A stretch of 64,000 bases of DNA from Acanthaster planci (lineage: Eukaryota). Positions 1 to 12,700 of this stretch are shown piece by piece. The notes under the pieces were generated by a model, which saw nothing but the letters and a program-made list of their open reading frames with translations, was not told the DNA's origin and did no database searches. Each line of letters starts with the position of its first letter. Positions within the stretch are counted from its first letter, which is position 1. A program made the translations under genes and the position numbers. The stretch is taken from positions 1,759,107 to 1,823,106 of the forward strand of contig NW_019091355.1 of the NCBI RefSeq assembly GCF_001949145.1, in the 5' to 3' direction.

Positions 1-1440
1 CTCACCAACAAATGGACGGAAAACTTTGACAGTACTGTAAAAAATAGTCACTTATTGGACTGTAGACCTTGAGTTTGTGTCAGCCACGTTATTATAGTAT
101 CTTCCCAACTTGCATGCAATGAATGATGTGATGCAGACTTATGATCATGCTCACATTGAGTTGTGATTACTTTTCTTCAAACTAGAAGCAGCCAAGGAAC
201 GTATAGTACAAATTCCATACGGTAATGCCTCTGACCTTGGGGAACCGTGAAAGCAATTGTGGCGCGTCCAGAAACGTTCAACCAGTGGCGGAAGTTAAAT
301 TTCCACTGCCGTTCGGCCCTGTTCATTGTACACTCCTGCAGCTTGTCAAAAATTAAAAGGGTTTTCGACACACCCACTATGGGTCCAGTGTTCAATCTCT
401 CACCGCGATTGCCAAGATAACTTGTCGTTTAGTGGGACCTTGTAAATCGTTCTGGCAGTGCAACTGAATTTCAAGAATTGACACTGGATTAGTCAATAAC
501 ATAAGCTCAGTCCGGAAATGGTTGAGGTTGTCAGTTTGTAAGTTTTCATTTGAAATAAGATTTCTCTCTGTTTGTTATAAAAAATCTTTCTAAACTGGGA
601 ATCTGACTACATCAAAGTTGCCATCAGTTGGTATTAACGTTGTTGCTCGCACAATTTTGGCCTTTTCATTGAAAATAGAAGAAATCTATTAAAACACAGT
701 GACTACAACAGACGGTCCAGCGTGCCATCTGTTTTCCAATGCTCTTACGAGACGGTTCATTTTTTTCAGTGTTTCTGACGCATATGCTTGCCAAGGACGG
801 TAATAAATTCCGAGCAAAGGTTAGATCTTACATCAGTACTTCCTGAGATATGGAAGACACTTTTGGGCCTTGCCCTTCTCTCCTCGACCACAGGAAAATA
901 TTATTTACTTTAAAGAAGATTTCAATCAAAGGGTTGTTGGCGTGTCACCTCCAAGCCAAGCCCCACTGTTGAGTTATTATAACTAGGCCTAAATGGTGTG
1001 AAAGGCAAAAACGAAAAGTGTGATTTTAGCTGTTTTTGTAACAAAGCATTGAATGCAGTCCCCCAGGGCTAACGCTGCACGTAAGTATATGTCAAAGGTA
1101 AGCCAATGTAATTATATCAAAGTTTACACAAACAATCCCATCTGCGATGGTATTTCCCCCTCTCTGTCCTACCCAGCCCCATCTATAACTTTTTAAAACT
1201 CACACTGGACGATTTAGTTTACACGGCAACGCACGGTCTGTTCTTTCGCATGCGCACAGCTCTTGCGCACAAATCTGCACCTACTAATTATGGCAGTATT
1301 TACCCACAATATTTTGCGACATCAGCATTTAATTTCCTACGCAAAGTTTTTATCAAAGAGATTAACTGTTAATATTGCCAAAAGTCCAAATCACGACATC
1401 CATTTCAGACGTCTTTACCTTAGCCAAATGTGTCTTGACT

Positions 1441-1565
1441 AAGGTTGTGTCCGAAACGGGCTTCCAGAGCTACGACTAGGTCTATTGTCTACGCGTCTCC
1501 ACATATTTCCAATAGAGCGAGGACTTAGACCTAGCTCTCGACAACAGATTCGGATGCCGCCAAGG
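1441..1565. repeat. Decayed foldback element
   Basis: TCCGAA/TTCGGA, AGAGCTA/TAGCTCT and CTAGGTCTA/TAGACCTAG nested inverted matches. Confidence 0.5.
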
Positions 1566-3473
1566 TGTCATCAACTTGTCTTTAAGGTTGCTGACCGACT
1601 ACATTATGAATAAACAGTTCATCACCGGCTACCTTCAGACACACTTTCTGGGGCCGTGCGTCTCGACTCGACTGACCACTATTTTGGAAGACAATATTAT
1701 ATCCCTTGGTGCCAGCTGTAATTGATCAAACCCTTCTCTCTTTCACCGAAGGGGCCACTTTAAAAGAAGGGAGCGTTTCCGCCTGCAAGGTGTACATGCT
1801 GCACCGCTGAAGCCTTTGGGAGTTAACTGACTGCCGTTAAGCTAACGAATTCATGAACATATACATTCTTCCAGAGATACGGTCTGGGATCTAAAAAGGA
1901 AAAGGAACATTTAAAACACAATTTAAGTCTCAGGAATACATTTGTCATCGTTGTCAATACAGCCATCTCCCCAGGTGTGTATTTTCTCTAAATTGAAACA
2001 GAGTTCAGTTTCCGGACGGGGCATTTTAATTGATGCGTCAACTTTACGAGATATCCGGCTGTCAAAAACAATACTCCAAGGGGAGAAATCGCCATTTCAT
2101 CGCACATTCTTACCGTACGACCAGTGATGTCCCCGAGTGCCGTTCGAAAATGCCCAGTAAAGTTCCCTGCCTAGTTCAACCGTAACAATGCGGATATGAC
2201 TTGAGCGGATCTTGGCGAGTGGTCGTTGTTGCTGGCGGTTGCAGTTTATGGTCAAAATAAGTGTTTTATTAGCCATGTCCACCACAAACAAGAAAAGGAG
2301 GAAGTGGCAATTGTTCAGAAATCCCGTATGACCTATTGGAAGTCAAACATGATTACACTCCTTGAGAGACTAACACAAATTTGTGACTTGATTCTTGAGT
2401 GCAACACAATTCCTGGTGTCACATAAAAATACATTCATAGGAAAGCCAGAAAGAAAGGACAAAAAGAATAAATGGTCAAAAGGTAGCGCTTTACTAAATT
2501 CAAGGCACTGATGGTTGGCTCTGTAATCGAAAAATACAGAAACGCACAAACTGAGTTACTTTTTCACAAGCTTTTGTAATTCACCACAATTCCCACAAAG
2601 GACTAAATACGCGGAATACTTTTTCTCGATTGGCAAAGAAAACGTTTTAATTTTAGACTTAAATTTTGATTATTCCTCCATTTTTTATTGCCGTCAGTAA
2701 GGATGGAAACAGTATGAGGAAGATATCAGCTTCCGTAATGCGCCGAACTTGTTCTTCACAATCACATGAACAAACATTTTCAAATTTCGCTTGGGGTTTT
2801 CCCAGTTTCGATTCCAACAGATTATATTCTCTACCTTAGTGCAGCATCGATTCCTAAGGTAAACTGTTCGAGTCAGGATTACAAATTGTTCAAATTGTTG
2901 CAGTAGGCTTGCAGGACAAAAACCTCGTTATTCTGTAAGTTTACTCACACCAGGTCGTATATGCAAGATAGGAAGTACAAATTTCGTGGATACTTAATAT
3001 GATGACTAGTGTTCTGTGGTGAATCTCCGGGGCAAAGCAAAGTCTGGGGGTCACAAGTCGAATTTGACATTTTTTGTTGAAACGAAGAAAAAAACTGGAC
3101 AATTTCACCGCCTCCGGGTTCCTGTCCATTGCTTTGGTTGAACCTGTCTGCTCACCTGTAATATTAGGAATTAAAACTTGCTTACTGGCACTGCCTACAT
3201 GTATGTTTTGTAGCAATTACGGAATCCCCCACGGGACAAAGGACAGTTCAGAATGTTGCAGCGAGCTAAATGTAGTAGTGTGGAAGCAGGCATTTTGCCA
3301 AACCGCTCATTTTTGTCTGAATCATGTAAGGCCTGGCAGCTGTTGCTGTGCTGTCGGGACTCAATTCCCACTTCGGCGCGTGCGCACCCGCTGTTGGCCG
3401 CCTATGGCCAGATCATAATAATTGGAGACTGATAATTGACGAGGCATACCCTGAGACTTCAAATCGGACATAT

Positions 3474-3640
3474 CCTTAATTGGGTTAATTGCACTTCCCC
3501 TCAAGGGGTGCATAAAAGGACCTAAACAGTTTAGCATGATCCCCTCTTCACATAAACTTAGATGAAGAACATGTACATGAAGGTACACACAGACACAACT
3601 CATTGATGTTGGCAATTTATAGGGGCGTCCTCTTATAAAT
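3474..3640 (+). promoter_or_regulatory. CArG box and TATA box, candidate promoter/enhancer upstream of the PDZ exon
   Basis: CCTTAATTGG at 3474-3483; TATAAAT at 3634-3640; possible donor AAG|GTCAGT at 3687/3688. Confidence 0.3.
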
Positions 3641-4232
3641 ATATCTTTGACTCATTGAAACATCCAAAATATTTCACCCTCAGTAAGGTCAGTACACCGG
3701 AATATATCTCATTACTTTGCCCCCTACGACAAGTCATCTCTATGAACCAATCCACTAATACAGACATTTATACGACCTTTGCTGAGTGACAAGGACCATA
3801 ATTTGTTTTTCGACTCAAGGCAATCTGCATAAAATAACTATGATTGTCTGCTTGGTCAAACATGTGTTTTTAACACTTCACGAGCCTTTACTTATCGATC
3901 AGGTCAATGAACTGGACAGTCCTTATTTTTGTATTTTCACTTGAGATGTCCTCTATTATCATTTGGAAAAAGTATTCTTTGAGACTTGAACATTTCGTAT
4001 GCGAAATGAAATCTATTCTCAAGAGGTTCCTGATTAGAAAGAATTTGATCGTACAGCCCAGAGGTTTACATTATATCTTTTCACGCTGTGGGTTGCGTTT
4101 ATGCGATGGCCTAGAAAGCAGGTCAGTCAATCTGAAACTGAACTAGGGCCTCTGGCAGTGAAAACCCAAGGTCGGTACCAAAATTAAGAAAATTGGAGAT
4201 ACTCCACATCTCGGTTCTCTATCTTCATGACC

Positions 4233-4324
4233 AATACGGGCGATTCACAATAGTGCGCCTCCACGAGTGACTGGCCAACGCGATGCAAACTCCTAGAGTC
4301 GCTCTATTGGGAATCGCACGTATT
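4233..4324. mobile_element. MITE-like family A, internally deleted copy
   Basis: AATACGGGCGATTCACAATAGTGCGCC...CTATTGGGAATCGCACGTATT; both termini retained. Confidence 0.75.
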
Positions 4325-5539
4325 CAAGATCACTGCGCACTCAGAATGGCCCCACCCCGCTTGCCTTACCTGGCTCTACTCTGCCTTCGTCGCCCATTTA
4401 AGGCAAGAGCAATGTACAATCTTGAGCACAAAATAACGTACTGTTACTGTTTCGGAGAATTGACATGATGCGGCTTCCTTAGTGTCTGGTATCTTGGATT
4501 GGTCTTTAGTACGTGTACAACATGGCTGCTAATTAATGACTGCGTAATTGCTCTGAGAACAGACATGGCGATTGAAACTACGAATTGAATAAAAGTACTT
4601 TGGATCAGGGTTAAACGCGCCTTGAATTTGTAGGTACCTCTGACCGAATCGCGTGTTACATCACTTGCCATTGAGAAGTATTCGCTCAGATGCAAGACGT
4701 ACCAGAGCGGCGTCGGTGTCAGTTGAAATTGGTTGAGTTGTTCATTTTTGGCTGGTGTCAGCGACGTGATGTGTGACAGAGGTCCCGTGAATTACAGCAC
4801 GTGGAAATGCACGTTTCCTGCCTGGCAGACTGAGTAAGACCAGGACTGGATACGTGACAGTGCAATTGGGAATTGCAGTCAAATCGCCATATATGAAAAT
4901 TACATGTGGAGCTTCACATTGTCATTGATTACAAAACCACGAGACCAAAGTAACTTTACAGTAATTTTTTGTCTCCAGTTTTAACACATCAACAACTGTT
5001 AAAAGATGAAACTTCGAAAATGGTATTGTTTATCAATTAACTGTATATCGGTTGCACTCAAACAAGGAGGTTTCGTTTCCTTTGTGGACAACTTGGCTCG
5101 ATAAAATACATTTTTGTCCATCGTTTCACTAGTTTTAGCATTATTATCATCAGACTTTTGCTTTGAGTCACTTTGCAAGATGTACGTGCCTTAGTCACTT
5201 TATTTGCAAGATTTACGTGACGGGGGCTTACATGTTTGCCACCGAGATAACCATGATACATGTAGCAACTTTATTCAGCGAGAATTAGCTTGCACCCTCT
5301 ACTCGCTGATAAACAAGTTCCGCTAGTAAGAAAGTAATTGGCAAAACAGGGTATGAAAAGGAAAATAAACGCTACTAGGGCCTTTTTTATTTTTTGATTT
5401 TGCACTTCATAGTCGTTCATGCAAAAGCCGCAACCATATGTTTTCTAAAGCGATAGAAGGGTTTACTGGAAGCGCGCCACCTTCCCTGAAGCGAAACGCT
5501 GAAACGTTGTTTCCTTTTCATTTTATCTCATTGGATTAG

Positions 5540-5691
5540 ATCCGACGAAAAAGTAAAGCTTTCAACGCCAACTTACAGGAAGGAGACGAAGTGTTAAGTG
5601 TCAACGGCAGGAACGTTCGCAATGGGGCATGTGACATCGCCATGGGTTACGTAGATGCCGCTGTGGATACGCTAGACCTAGAACTTGTGAG
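5540..5691 (+). CDS. SYNPO2: Synaptopodin-2-like gene, PDZ-domain exon (C-terminal two-thirds of the PDZ)
   Basis: ggattag|ATC...GTGAG|gtataa; 152 nt; IRRKSKAFNANLQEGDEVLSVNGRNVRNGACDIAMGYVDAAVDTLDLELVR, with the typical PDZ GDxxxxVNG signature. Confidence 0.88.
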
Positions 5692-8600
5692 GTATAACTT
5701 GAGAGATCGAGTGCCAGACAATTCCTATTCTTTAATTCTATCAACCAATGAGCCAATTCGGAATACGGACGTTTCACAATAGTGAGCCACCACGAGATTG
5801 CAACGCGCTGACCAATCACAATGTGCAAAATTTGTCGACCCAATGCGCGTTCAGAAATGGTCGACAAATTTCGCGCACTGTGATTGGCCAACGCGTTGCA
5901 AACTCATGGTGGCGCACTTTTGTGAATTGCCCGTATCCCAACAGCGTATGACGCACATGAAGCGCATCCGAGGTCCTTTGGACGCGCATGCCAAGTCCGC
6001 CCTATCGGCGCGGCCCGCGCCGGGGCGGCCTATAGCGTGCGTGTCATGTTCCTGAATGGCTTTCCTTTTTTGGATTAACGAACTGGCTTATTCTAGAACT
6101 AGGGTGCCTCTGCTAAATGAACACAAATTCTTTTGATATGTGCAAAGCAGAAAAAGATCCAAATTGCAATTACTCGACGAATACTCGGTCGTTTCTGTAT
6201 TAATTTGTGGAAGTGTGAACAGTTAACTGTATATATTTTTAGACTTTTTAATAACTTGACAAAGTCACGTAGAGTTTATTTATATGTAACATTTTTTCAA
6301 TACTCCACACTCCCTCCCTTTTTCAGGCTGTCATTCGTTTCCTTGAGAACTAAAAGGATGCAGAATTGCAGAATGATCCATAATTTTGTGAGATAAAACT
6401 ACAAAACTTTTTTTTCTCAAATTTCAATACTGTAGACGTGGATCTGGTGCCCCTACCATGCCGATCAACGCTTCATCCACAGAACACATGAATGGTAACA
6501 CAGAGATACGACGGGTACCAACCTACCAGATTACAACTTCGCAAAAGCCAAGGCAACCAGGTACAACCAGCGATTTGTTCCAATAACTCTTTACATAGAG
6601 ACAAAGTTTCTCAAACTTATTTTCACAACTCTCTTGGGAAGTGTCATTCGCCATATTATGATGACACCCCTACATCCCCGCCAGTGGGGGCGCTGTGGTC
6701 AACCGAAATCGTGAATATTCACTCACCATGGAAAGCTTCACGGTAACCATGATACCACTCCGTAACTCTGTGTCGTGTGCCTTAATTATTCCCCGTGCTG
6801 AGGCAACATTCACAACTGTGCGATATTCACAAGTAAGTGACATTCACATCTGGCCTTTTTATTTCATTTAAGGACACGCCGGCCACAAGCAGACATCTAC
6901 GACTACGCATGTGCAAACTAGAACAGATGGAGGTGTGAGGGAAGAGACGATCACTAAGACAATCACAGAACGCATCGGGGAGGAAGCGAAGACCACGACC
7001 AAACGGGATGTCAAGACGTACGGTGCTCCGCAGGATACAACCGACAGCACAGGTGAAGACGAGTGTGCTTATTACACTTTGATTGCATTCGCATGGGGTC
7101 TGAGCTAAAAGGACGTCTCTCTAAACATTTGAAACGAAAATGTCACATCTACATGTAATTATATCTGCCGCCTCGTGTGAAGCACAAAGCAGAACAAATC
7201 GAGTCCCCTTCGGAGAAATGCAATCTAAAGTTTAAATAAATTCAAGTTGTAGGTCAAATTAGATTAACGCCTTGCAGTCGCGTCCATGTGACGTCCAATT
7301 GCTCCATAACGTTTGCTTTGAAACCTACTTAAGAGGCATCCGCGACTGACATTACGAAAATGCCCTTGAATGGAAAAATGTAATTCCATTAGAAATTCCA
7401 TCGTGCAGGGAGGGGATTTCCTATCACTGTTCCCATATCTGTATCTAAATTATGAACCTGATGATCGCTATTAATTGCTGATAACTAGACACCAACTACC
7501 ACCTGAGTCCAGTGATTATTGTAAATGAATTTCACACTCTTTCTAGGAACGGGCAGGCAAGGACGAGGTAGCGCTGTCACATTTCACGCTCCTAAGATCA
7601 ACGTGGCGGCCAAACCAGAGATCTGGTCGCCACCTGGAAAATCGCAACCTGTCAAGAAACCCACATTAGCATATTCCAGCAGCGCACCGGCGCATGCCAC
7701 CACAGCGCATGTGCAGTACACTGGAAGCGTGCCGACGGGGTCGGCACCGAAGCCCAAGACACCTTTTCTGGAGAGCAAACAGGAACAGAATGTGCCGACA
7801 AAGCCCATGCGCTGGGAGCCGCAGATCCATTACTCGACCACGCCCAAGATGGAGTCTGAAGCTCCCTCAACCACGACCTGGAGTGGCTCCGTCAGCGGAC
7901 CAAGACGGACATCAGTCGGTCAGGAGGTCACCATCACTTTTGCTCCTCAAGGGTTTATGGCTAAGAGGCCTTCCGTCGACATTGGGAAACCACCGTCTTT
8001 TATCGCTCCAGTTGTGGAAGAGCCAGTTTCTGCCTCTACCACAGTCGAAGTCGAAAAAAAGCCAGTTTACAAGGAGGAGCCAACAGTCATCCTGAGACGT
8101 GCAGCACCACCTCCAGACAGACCAGACAGCAAAAGCACAATCGATGAAACAGACAAATCAGAAAGTAAGTTCAAAACAAGTACCAAAATTAACTTCAATT
8201 TAATAAATGGAAGTTTTCAAGCCGCAGATCTGAATTTCCGAATTAACAATTCGTCAAAAGATCATTCTCCATTTTCAGAGGAATGATGAGAGCTAGCCTT
8301 TGGGGTATATTGGCTTTGGTACAGGTGTATCGCAAATGCATAGGCATGCCAACAAATTTGCAAGATTTAATTTAACAGATTCGTCATATTTATAAGGAAA
8401 TTTAATATCACTTTATCAAATGATTCAAAGGAGATGCTACTTTTTTGTTACTGTTTCAGTTAAGAGGCCTTATTCGTATCCGGGAAAACACTCAGAGGAC
8501 GATCCAGAGATCACTACAGAGATGAGGATGAAGGCATGCAAGACCATAGCTGACCTACTTATGTTCCCCGCCGACAAACACGCCAAGGGAGCCCGGATGT

Positions 8601-9763
8601 TTGCCAAGCGGCGTAAGCGAAGTGAGCGGTGGTCGGTCGAGGGTATGGGTCAAAATGTCGAAGAGGAGAAAGACGGGGAGGAGGAAGAGGAGGCTATGGA
8701 CAGAGGCGTGGAGATTACCCTGGTTGCATCTGGGAGGAAGCCGTTACCGCCAGGCGCTGTGCCGATCGGGATGCCCCTCCCTCCACCACCACCACCACCT
8801 GAACCAGGCAAGCCTTTTATACCACAAGCGCCCCCACCCCCTCCACCGGGCACTAAGTACAGACTCAAAGTGGAGCCGACAAACTTCAAGGTCAACCTGA
8901 AAAAGAAGGATGTCTGTGAGCACAACATCGTCAGCCCCGAGCAGATGGGCCGCCTGGTCGTAGACTTGAAGGCTGCCAGCGGCCGAGGAGCTAACATGTT
9001 CGAGAGGCGCCGCCAAAGATCAGATCAATACGTCATCGATGAGAGCAACGTCAAAGCTCCCCCGGTCATGAAAAATACCGCTAAGCCAAAAGGAATCGCC
9101 TCAGCCAGTATTACCATGAAACAGGACAACCAAATACACTTCCCAAAGAAATCCCCTTGGGAAGCAGCAATGGAATCGCCTGTAGGTAGTTGCGATGCCG
9201 CTTTTGAACATATTCAGAAGAAGAGACCATCTCTTACGCAGGTAGACAGTTCAATGAAAGGGCCTCCTCCACAAACCAAACCAAAACCGCAGGCATCACG
9301 AATGGGCCACGACACGCTGTCAAAAGCTCACTCTGACCCAGCCCAAATCAGGCCAAGGTTTACAGCCAACGATCCCAATTCTGCCGTACAGCTCCCGACA
9401 GGATCTGGCTCTCCGAGTTTCAAACCTAAATTCAGCGCCAGAATGGTATCATCCGAGACTTCGCAAAGTGGCATCACGAAGTCGAACGACTTCAATCCTA
9501 AGCCTCGCGGCTGGAACTCCCCAGTGCATTCGGGCGAGACGCCCCTTGCGTCAATGAACTCGGCCGATGATGGACAAACTACGACATTCTCCGCCATAAG
9601 GCCGACCAGAGTCGGTTCAGACTATAATCGGAAGCCTCGCGGATGGACAGCCACCGGTGATGCAACCGCAAATGCTGCCGCCAACGGCAGACCGGCAAGT
9701 TACAATTATTCTAAGCCCGCTAGATTCGCTGTACATACGGGACGCGAAACTGCCGACCTATGA
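5540..9763 (+). CDS. SYNPO2: Synaptopodin-2-like protein (N-terminal PDZ, Pro-rich disordered region, calsarcin-type motifs); spliced, 5'-partial. Exons 5540-5691, 6436-6560, 6873-7052, 7547-8164, 8460-9763
   Basis: Five GT-AG-bounded exons join in phase (2,1,1,1) into 2379 nt = 792 aa plus stop. Motifs recalled as SYNPO2-like: IRRKSKA..LQEGDEVLSVNG (PDZ), CKTIADLL..KGARMFAKRRKRS, GRGANMFERRRQRSDQYVID, DFNPKPRGW. The symbol denotes family likeness, not proven 1:1 orthology. Confidence 0.82.
5762..5936. mobile_element. Palindromic MITE-like element, family A, full copy
   Basis: Near-perfect self-complementarity: AATACGGACGTTTCACAATAGTGAGCCACCA...TGGTGGCGCACTTTTGTGAATTGCCCGTAT, with inner AAATTTGTCGACC/GGTCGACAAATTT arms; homologous copies at 4233 and 17886. 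Confidence 0.85.
6436..6560 (+). CDS. SYNPO2: Synaptopodin-2-like gene, internal exon
   Basis: tactgtag|A CGT GGA...CAA CCA G|gtacaa; open frame RGSGAPTMPINASSTEHMNGNTEIRRVPTYQITTSQKPRQP; phase 2 in, phase 1 out, matching its neighbours. Confidence 0.72.
6873..7052 (+). CDS. SYNPO2: Synaptopodin-2-like gene, internal Thr/Glu-rich exon
   Basis: tttcatttaag|GA CAC...AGC ACA G|gtgaag; overlaps ORF 6911..7108; phase 1/1. Confidence 0.78.
7547..8164 (+). CDS. SYNPO2: Synaptopodin-2-like gene, Pro/Ser/Thr-rich exon
   Basis: ctctttctag|GA ACG...GAA A|gtaagt within ORF 7525..8286; phase 1/1. Confidence 0.85.
8460..9763 (+). CDS. SYNPO2: Synaptopodin-2-like gene, terminal coding exon (synaptopodin/calsarcin homology blocks, polyproline)
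   Basis: ctgtttcag|TT AAG; ORF 8420..9763; two xGAxMFxRRR-type blocks, KKSPWEAA, two NxKPRGW repeats, C-terminus RETADL; AATAAA at 9959-9964 in the downstream AT-rich UTR. Confidence 0.9.
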
Positions 9764-12700
9764 TTGGCTGAGGAGCATCAAATAAGAGCATGCCAATGTT
9801 TTTTTCTTGAATATTACTGCTGTGATTGTGAGTAAGTTTTTGGCCGTTTACACATCCCCTTTTATTATAAGCACCTTGTTCATTTTAAACTATGTAATCG
9901 AAATATTAACTTTTAATTAATGAAAATGAAATCAGGCTACGACATGAGATCAGACGTCAATAAAAAGGATACTGAAACATGTTACCCACATTTTGATTCC
10001 TGATTTGTCAGATAAAACTGATCATGTATAGGGCACGCAGTTTTTGGAAATTATAGCAATAGCAAATACGAATGCTTTTGTATTATTTAGCACCTATATT
10101 TAATCCTGTACAAAATGGTAAATTTGTTTTGTGAGTCCACTGTTTGCTTATCAGACCATCACTGAAAAGTAGAAATTGCTAATTTATAAAATAGAGATTG
10201 TTGAAAACTTGTGACCATATTTTGCACCATTATATGTTAGCTTGTACATTGCAATGCACAAAGTCAATCGATTAGCTTTGCTTGATATCAATATTTACAT
10301 TCAGCCCAACGTGTAAAAACTGGTCAAATTCTCCCGTTTGCTGAAAATATTCAGAGACTGTAACATTTAAGGATTGTTTCTCTTGAAGTGGAAACACTAT
10401 AGATTTTCTGATAGAACAGGTTATGTATATTTGCTCATGTAACCTTCTCTTCATATGCATACATGTATAAGATTATTTGTGTTGTCTGAGAGAAACAGCA
10501 CACTGCATTCAACAGGGAAACAGACGTGTTGCGTTTCTGTTATACATTGACTATCAGATTCAAGGATTTTAGGGTTTGGTTTCTTCTTTTTATGAGTCAA
10601 GAAGTATTCATAGAGTTCTCAAAGAATAACTGGTATTTCAAGCTGTCTACAGAAAATTCCTCACTGAATTACCGCGAAGGAGGTTTTGATATTACGTCTA
10701 TGAATACAAGTTCTTTTTTGATATTTAAAACATGCAGGAGGGCGCATAATGGTAAACAAAAGTAGGTTAAGGTGAATGGACAGGTGTTTTGGCGCCAAAT
10801 GCAGATTCATGGGTTACATATTCATAAGTTATAGTTGAAGTCGAGTCTGAGGAGAGTTGTCAAAGATCATTAGGCAGAAATAGCACAACTTATTTTGCAG
10901 ACTAGTTCTCGCAAACGTGAGAAAATGAAAATGGCGCATCGTGACGGAGATCTAGAATTAGTTGGGGCTTGCAGGAAGATAACATGGTAGGATAAAAATC
11001 GATGGAGATTCTTAAGTATAAAAGCAGAAAGATTTACTTAGTTCTTTTTGACGAGAAAGAACACTAAGTAGTTTGAGGCAATGATGACTACCGTAAGGAT
11101 GACTGAGCATTGCGAGCAACTGCACCACAATGCTCCTGGATAATGACGGCCCACAAAATCATTTGGTGAAAAATTTCTTGGTCGCAATTTTGGAAAGGAT
11201 AATTTCACTGCTGGTGCTAGCAACTGGTCGTGTCTGGAGATTTTGGTGATTACTGAGATAGCACAGTTTTGAGGCAGCAGAAGCCCGTGCAGCTATCGGA
11301 CGTTTCAGGATGCAAAATCCCAAACGTGATTCTGTAATTTGGCGCAAGAGGACAAAAGTAACATGTCGAAGTAGTAAAAGGGTCGCCATTAAAGATACCA
11401 TCTTTGATTTAAATTACAACTTGTAAAGTTTTATTAAGAGAAAGACCTTTCAGGGACATCACACGCTGGGCTTCCTGGACTGGTAAACAGTAATGCATTT
11501 CAGGTTTATTTGTTAAAGTGTAAAGTTGGTTTTAAAGGAGATGGTACTATTTTCATTGACAAAGCGGTATCAAATTACCACAGTCGTTGGTTAGTTCAAG
11601 TAAAATTTGGTCAACGTAGCGAGAGTTTTCATAGAGAGTATAGGTGGTTGACGTTCTGACCAACAGGGGTCAAAATTCCACGTTTTGAGCAAAGGTTTGC
11701 CGTATGTTTAGTAGAGTGTGGTTCTCCATAATTTTGAATGATCCGCATGTCGAAACAGCCGTTTAACCAGAAAGCTTCACAAGTGAAACATGAGACTATA
11801 GCTTAATTGACGGTCGGAGTGTAAAAAATATAATTCCCCAAACTAAAAAGGATAATTTTCCACTTTAATTTAATATTTAAAAAGTACATACTAAATAGAA
11901 GTGAACAAAGAAAAGCAATTTCAATTCGCTTTAAAAGAAAACACTCAAATGTGCTGTTGATCTTTTTGCAGTCTTCGGGTTTGGAATACTGAATTACCAG
12001 CATGTCATTTTGAAATGAAGATTGTCGAGTTTTAAGTGATTTTGTCGAAATTTCTTTGAACACGACTGTTTTAGTATTTAAGTGTGTAATTAGTGTGAGA
12101 TAGGGCCGCATTGGAAGTTGTGCAGTTATGGGGTTGTATTTCTGCTGAAACAACTGATGTTTAGAGAGTAAATAAACGATGACTCGAAAGAGACAAAAGG
12201 ACTAGAAAGAACTCAAATCCTTTCAGAATTAAGTTAATGTTTGAAGCTTTAGTTGGCATTTATGTCAAAAAAGAGAGGCTGGTATTTTTAGTTAATAGCA
12301 AAACAATTTAAGCATTATTTCATATTCATGCATTAATCAAATATTCATTCAACACCGGGCAGTTTGTCTCAACTGCTCAATTGGATTTGTGATACTAAAT
12401 CTGTCCATTATTCCTTTAAAACATACATTCGGTCAAAAGTTAACATCGATTTGATATATAATTTCGTTGTTAATCTGTATTTTGCTTTCTTCTGAGCAGA
12501 ATTTAAACCCTTAAATGCTGGACGACTGCACTGATTTTTTGTCAGTGTTCATTCTCATCTATTTCATCTCTCCTAGAAGTAGGGCTTATCAGGGGCTCAA
12601 GGTTTCAGGACCTTCGTTTACCGATCAACCTACCAGTGCCCAAGGCGGGAGTGAACAAAGTATAAACCCATCTTCCGGAGGAGTCGCCTTTGCCCTTGCC

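Noticed and set aside
1760..1830. FRLQG peptide (FKRRERFRLQGVHAAPLKPLGVN) as the missing first PDZ exon
   Set aside because: It lacks the PWG/GLGF loop, runs into a stop and has no convincing phase-0 donor; probably chance.
5601..6055. Cluster of short ORFs resembling ORF 17758..17997
   Set aside because: The similarity comes from the palindromic MITE copies, not from a protein family.
8601..9597. Overlapping and antisense ORFs (8601..8900, 8650..8997, 8744..9016, 9328..9597) and similar ones over 18.6-19.5 kb, 44.7-45.9 kb and 53.7-58 kb
   Set aside because: Shadows of GC-rich coding exons with no recognisable motifs.
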